DNA of 64,000 bases from an uncultured Chloroflexia bacterium (GTDB lineage Bacteria; Chloroflexota; Limnocylindria; Limnocylindrales; CSP1-4). The translations under genes and the position numbers were made by a program. The notes beneath the pieces were generated by a model. The model searched no databases and was not told where the DNA came from. It saw only the letters and a program-made list of their open reading frames with translations. Of this stretch, positions 60,126 to 64,000 are shown piece after piece. The DNA is taken from positions 29,477 through 93,476 of the forward strand of contig CAWDUR010000017.1 of NCBI GenBank assembly GCA_963805585.1, written 5' to 3'. Each line of letters begins with the position of its first letter. Within the stretch, counting starts at the first letter, position 1.

Positions 60126-61088
60126 TTACCCGGCGGCGTTCTCCGCGGTGATGAGCTCGACACCGGTGTCGATGGTGGGCTCGAGGGTCTCTCCGTTGAT
60201 GAGCTTGATGAGGCTCTCCACGCCGAAGTAGCCCATGTTGATGGGGTTCTGGGCGATGGTGGCCTCCATGTCACCGGCCAGGACAGCCTCACGGGCGTCC
60301 GGGTTGGCGTCGTAGCCCACGACCGTCACCTGGTCGAGGAGGTCGGCGGCGCGCAGCGCCTCGACCGCGCCGAGGGCCATCTCGTCATTGCTGCCGAAGA
60401 TGCCGGCCAGGTCGGGGTGCTGGGTGATGATGTCCTCGGTCGCCGCCAGGCCCTTGGCGCGGTCCCAGTCGGCCGGGACCTCCATGACGAGGTCGAGGCC
60501 ACAGGCCTCGACGGCCGCCTTGGAGCCCTCGGCGCGGGCCTGCCCGGTCGTGGTGGTGATGAGGCCCTGGAGGATGGCCACCTTGCTGCCGGGCTCCAGG
60601 TTGTCGCAGAGGTACTGGCCGGCCAGCGCGGCGCCGACGGCGTTGTCCGTACCGATGTACGTGACGCCCTCGTTGTCACCGCCCGAGTCGACCCAGACGA
60701 CCTTGACGCCTGCGTCCATGGCGGCCTGGATGGCCGGGTGGAGGGCCACGGCGTCCGTCACGGCGATGGCCATGCCGGCCGCGCCCTGCGCCGTGTTGTC
60801 CTCGATGAGCGCGATCTGCCCGGGGATGTCGGACTCAGCCGACGGGGCGACCACCTGGACGTCCACGCCGTAGTCCGCGCCCGCCTGCACCGCGCCCTGC
60901 TCGACGAGCGCCCAGAAGGGGTTGCCCGCCGACGGGCCCTTCATGTTGACGAAGAGCTTGGCGCCTGCCGCGGCACCCGGGTCCTTGCTCGCCGCAGCCG
61001 GACTCTCGTCCTGGGCCGCGACTGGTCCCACGACGGCGAGGGCCAGGATGGCGGCCCCACCGAGCGCAAGGAAGCGTGTGTCCTTCAT
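60126..61088 (-). CDS. sugar ABC transporter substrate-binding protein (RbsB-like)
   Basis: NPFW, IGTDN, ADWDR, NDEMALGA, AQNP; AGGAGG SD. Confidence 0.93.
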   Translation of the reverse strand: MKDTRFLALGGAAILALAVVGPVAAQDESPAAASKDPGAAAGAKLFVNMKGPSAGNPFWALVEQGAVQAGADYGVDVQVVAPSAESDIPGQIALIEDNTAQGAAGMAIAVTDAVALHPAIQAAMDAGVKVVWVDSGGDNEGVTYIGTDNAVGAALAGQYLCDNLEPGSKVAILQGLITTTTGQARAEGSKAAVEACGLDLVMEVPADWDRAKGLAATEDIITQHPDLAGIFGSNDEMALGAVEALRAADLLDQVTVVGYDANPDAREAVLAGDMEATIAQNPINMGYFGVESLIKLINGETLEPTIDTGVELITAENAAG

Positions 61089-61253
61089 GTCTCCTCCTAT
61101 CTCAAGGTCCCGGCGAGCGCCGAAGCCCGGACTGCCCGCTGCCTGAATGATGGCGTCTCAGGGGTGCTCTGTCACCTCCCTTCACAGCCTGGCCTCGTCA
61201 GGGTTGCCGGCCAAGACGTGCCCGAGTCGATCCGGTCACAAGCCGGACGTCGA

Positions 61254-62285
61254 TCACGATGCCGCAGCCAGCCGTCGGCGGAACACGTCAAAGGCAACCA
61301 CGGCGATGATGACGACACCGATGAGCACCTGCTGCCAGAAGACCTGCACGTTCGAGAGGTTCAGGAGATTGCGCAGCATGCCGATCGACCAGGACGCCCG
61401 CGAAGACGCCCAACACCGTGCCGCGGCCGCCGAAGAAGCTGGCTCCTCCGATGATGACCGCAGAGATGGCCACCAGCTCGTCGCCTTCGCCGGCGTTGGG
61501 AAAGCCCGAGTTGGTCCGTCCGGCCAGCAGCAGTCCGGCGAAGCCCGCCATGAAGCCGCACAGGGCATAGGCGATGACGAGGGTGCGGTCCACGTTGATG
61601 CCCGAGACCCGGGCTGCCTGTGGGTTGCCGCCCAGGGCGAAGATGTGCCGCCCCGTGCGCAGGTGCTGCAGGAAGAACCAGGCGATCGACGAACATGATG
61701 ACGACGACGACGAGGCTGACCGGGATGTGGAGCCCCAGGACATCGATGTTCCCGGAGCCCAGCCAGGTCACCTCCGGCGGCATGCCCGTGATGGGTCGCC
61801 CGTCTGAGATGATGTAGGTGACGCCGCGGGCCACGAACATCATGCCCAGGGTCATGATGAATGGGTGGGGCATGTGCAGCCGCGTGAGGCCCAGGCCGTT
61901 GATGACGCCAACGAAGAGCACCGACGAGGAGGGGCGCCAGCATGACCACCGGCCAGGCCGCCCCACCGTCGGCCAGCAGGGCCGCGCACATCATGGCGAG
62001 GGCCAGGACCGAGCCGATCGAGAGGTCGATGCCGGCCGTGACGATGACGATGAACTCGCCCAGGGCCAGCATCTGGTAGAAGGCCGTCTGGCGGAAGATG
62101 TTGAAGATGTTGCGCTCGGACAGGAAGACGTCGGGCTGGGCCAGCCAGGAGAGGACGGCCATGATGAGGACCATCAGGAGGACGCCCCAGCGGTCGAACC
62201 AGCCGATGGCGCGGATGGTCCACACCGAGCGCGCGCCGACGTCGCCGATGTCCGACCCGGCCCCCGCGCTCATCGCGTCGGTCAT
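61254..62285 (-). CDS. sugar ABC transporter permease (RbsC-like; frameshifted)
   Basis: GIDLSIGS, PFIMTLG, GGNPQAARVSGI, IIGGASFFGGRG. Confidence 0.92.
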   Translation of the reverse strand: MTDAMSAGAGSDIGDVGARSVWTIRAIGWFDRWGVLLMVLIMAVLSWLAQPDVFLSERNIFNIFRQTAFYQMLALGEFIVIVTAGIDLSIGSVLALAMMCAALLADGGAAWPVVMLAPLLVGALRWRHQRPGPHAAAHAPPIHHDPGHDVRGPRRHLHHLRRATHHGHAAGGDLAGLREHRCPGAPHPGQPRRRRHHVRRSPGSSCSTCARGGTSSPWAATHRQPGSRASTWTAPSSSPMPCAASWRASPDCCWPDGPTRAFPTPAKATSWWPSLRSSSEEPASSAAAARCWASSRASWSIGMLRNLLNLSNVQVFWQQVLIGVVIIAVVAFDVFRRRLAAAS

Positions 62286-62296
62286 GCCCTCATCCC

Positions 62297-63134
62297 TCAG
62301 TTGAGGTCCAGGCCGGACGGCACGTCCGAGCCGCTCTTGTTGCCCATGATCCAGCCGATGACCTCGTTGCGATCGATCTCCGACGAGCGGCGCGTCGGCG
62401 AAGTTGCGGCCGTGGAAGAGGGCCATGACGCGGTCGCAGACGTAGAAGATGTCGTCCAGGCGATGGCTGATGAAGATGACGCTGATGCCGTGCGTGCGCA
62501 GGTCCTTGACGAGGTCGAGGACCTTGCGCACCTCGCGCACGGCCAGCGCCGCTGTCGGCTCGTCCATGATGACGACCTTGGCTTCGAAGGCCGTGGCACG
62601 GGCGATGGCGACAGCCTGGCGCTGACCACCGGACAGCTGCTCGACCCGCTGGGCCACGGACTTGACCTCGATGTGCAGATTGTCGAGGTGCTCGATGGCC
62701 CGTTGCTGGTTGGCCTTGTGGTCCACGATGTGGAGGGGTCCGATGCGTCGGGTCAGCTCGCGGCCCAGGAAGATGTTCTCGTCGATGCGCAGGTTCCCCG
62801 CCAGGGCCAGGTCCTGGTAGACCATCTCGATACCCAGCACACGGGCGTCGGCAGGGCTGTTGAGACGGACTGGATGGCCCTCCACGAGGATCTCGCCCGC
62901 GCTCGGCGGGTGGAGTCCGGAGAGGCACTTCATGAGCGTCGACTTGCCCGCGCCGTTGTCGCCAACGACTCCGAGGACCTCACCGCGCTGGAGGGCCAGG
63001 CTGACGTCGCTGAGCGCCACGACCTGCCCGAACCGCTTCGAGATGCCGCGGGCCTCGATGATGGGTGCCTCAGCCCCCGGGGTGGTCCCCGGTATGGCCG
63101 GCGACGGCTCTGCCGGGGAGGAAGCCGCGGTCAC
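62297..63134 (-). CDS. sugar ABC transporter ATP-binding protein (single domain; 3' frameshift)
   Basis: GDNGAGKST, LSGGQRQ, MDEPT, ISH. Confidence 0.93.
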
Positions 63135-64000
63135 GCCGTGATCTCCGCCAGTCCTACGGGGCGGTGCTCCGCCGCAGACACCGTGAGAGCCTCGGCGATG
63201 CGCAGCGCCTCGACACCATCCCTGGCCGTGCACGGGCTGGTTCGCGTGCCGCGAGCCACGTCCAGGAAGGCGATGAGCTCGTCGCGATAGGCATCGTCCC
63301 AGCGGTCCAGGAAGATGTGCCAAGGTGGGCCGGCCGGCGCTGGCACCCCGGGCTCGACCGAGCGCATGGGCATGCGTGGGCCGAGTCCCACCGCGACGCT
63401 GTCACGCGAGCCGAAGACCTCCGTGCGCACGTCGTGACCGAGCGGGTCATGGCGTGCCCAGCTGAGCGCGACCGGGGTGCCGTCATCGAGGCGCATGACG
63501 GCCACGGCGTTGGCAAGGTCGTCGTACTTCTCGTAGAGAGGGAAGCCCTTCGCGGAGCCGATGACGTAGACCTCGTCCACCTCTCGGCCGGAGACGAAGC
63601 GGAGGACGTCCAGGTCGTGGATGGAGAGATCCCGGAACATGCCGCCGGACGAGGCGATGAACTCCTCGGAAGCCGGCTCAGGGTCGTGACTGCGCAGCGA
63701 CATCAGGTGGATGTCGCCGAGGGCGCCGGTCTCGACGAGGCGCCGCGCCTCCACGTATGCCGGGTCGAAGCGCCGCTGGAAACCCAGCTGGAAGGGCACG
63801 CCGGAGGCCTCGATGTCTCGCCGCACGGCGATGGACTCCTCGAGGCTGGCCGCCAGCGGCTTCTCGCAGAAGGTGGGCACACCGCGCTCGATGGCGGCCC
63901 GGATGAGCGTCGGATGGTCGTCGGTCGAGGCGCACACGATGGCCGCGTCAGCGTCGGCCAGCGCCTCGTCCACGCGCCTGGCCACGCTGCCACCCAGCTT
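63131..64000 (-). CDS. iolG: Gfo/Idh/MocA oxidoreductase, myo-inositol 2-dehydrogenase-like (5' part outside window)
   Basis: FCEKP, GFQRRFD, SHDP.P, SGGMFRDLSIHD. Confidence 0.75.
   Translation of the reverse strand, partial: KLGGSVARRVDEALADADAAIVCASTDDHPTLIRAAIERGVPTFCEKPLAASLEESIAVRRDIEASGVPFQLGFQRRFDPAYVEARRLVETGALGDIHLMSLRSHDPEPASEEFIASSGGMFRDLSIHDLDVLRFVSGREVDEVYVIGSAKGFPLYEKYDDLANAVAVMRLDDGTPVALSWARHDPLGHDVRTEVFGSRDSVAVGLGPRMPMRSVEPGVPAPAGPPWHIFLDRWDDAYRDELIAFLDVARGTRTSPCTARDGVEALRIAEALTVSAAEHRPVGLAEITA

Noticed and set aside
61254-63323. 689-aa ABC ATPase-permease fusion
   Set aside because: Indel near 62385; the ATPase's natural end (..EVIGWIMG..LN-stop at 62297) is in another frame, followed by an SD and the permease ATG

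Overview
Very GC-rich bacterial chromosome segment, mostly core genes. Gene content and protein style suggest Chloroflexota, possibly Limnocylindria/Ellin6529-like (inference, no marker search done). Many genes, including essential ones (valS, clpP, clpX, tig, murI), are split by 1-nt indels, often in homopolymers. This looks like uncorrected long-read error, so they are reported as single genes, not pseudogenes. In order: lhr (partial)-nei; DUF72; zinc peptidase; GT87; ECF sigma plus Kelch-containing anti-sigma; two-component pair; two MBL hydrolases; rsgA-GNAT behind an apparent leader-peptide attenuator; META protein; class II aldolase-like; mrp; cinA; CIRCE-groEL; tRNA-Leu-tig-clpP-clpX; valS; FmdB/HTH/YihY cluster; moxR-DUF58-transglutaminase; class V aminotransferase-serA-histidine phosphatase; rarA; UvrD-like helicase/nuclease; CpaE-like-murI-zincin-dehydrogenase-ychF; PfkB kinase; sugar (probably inositol) ABC operon. 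No CRISPR array, rRNA, transposase, integrase or prophage was seen. The best novelty candidates are regulatory: a uORF (MQRIRW..., R-x-R motif) plus terminator upstream of rsgA-GNAT, a window-wide leaderless-promoter signature, a Nei lacking its catalytic Pro2, and a small HTH protein ending in a clamp-binding-like motif.
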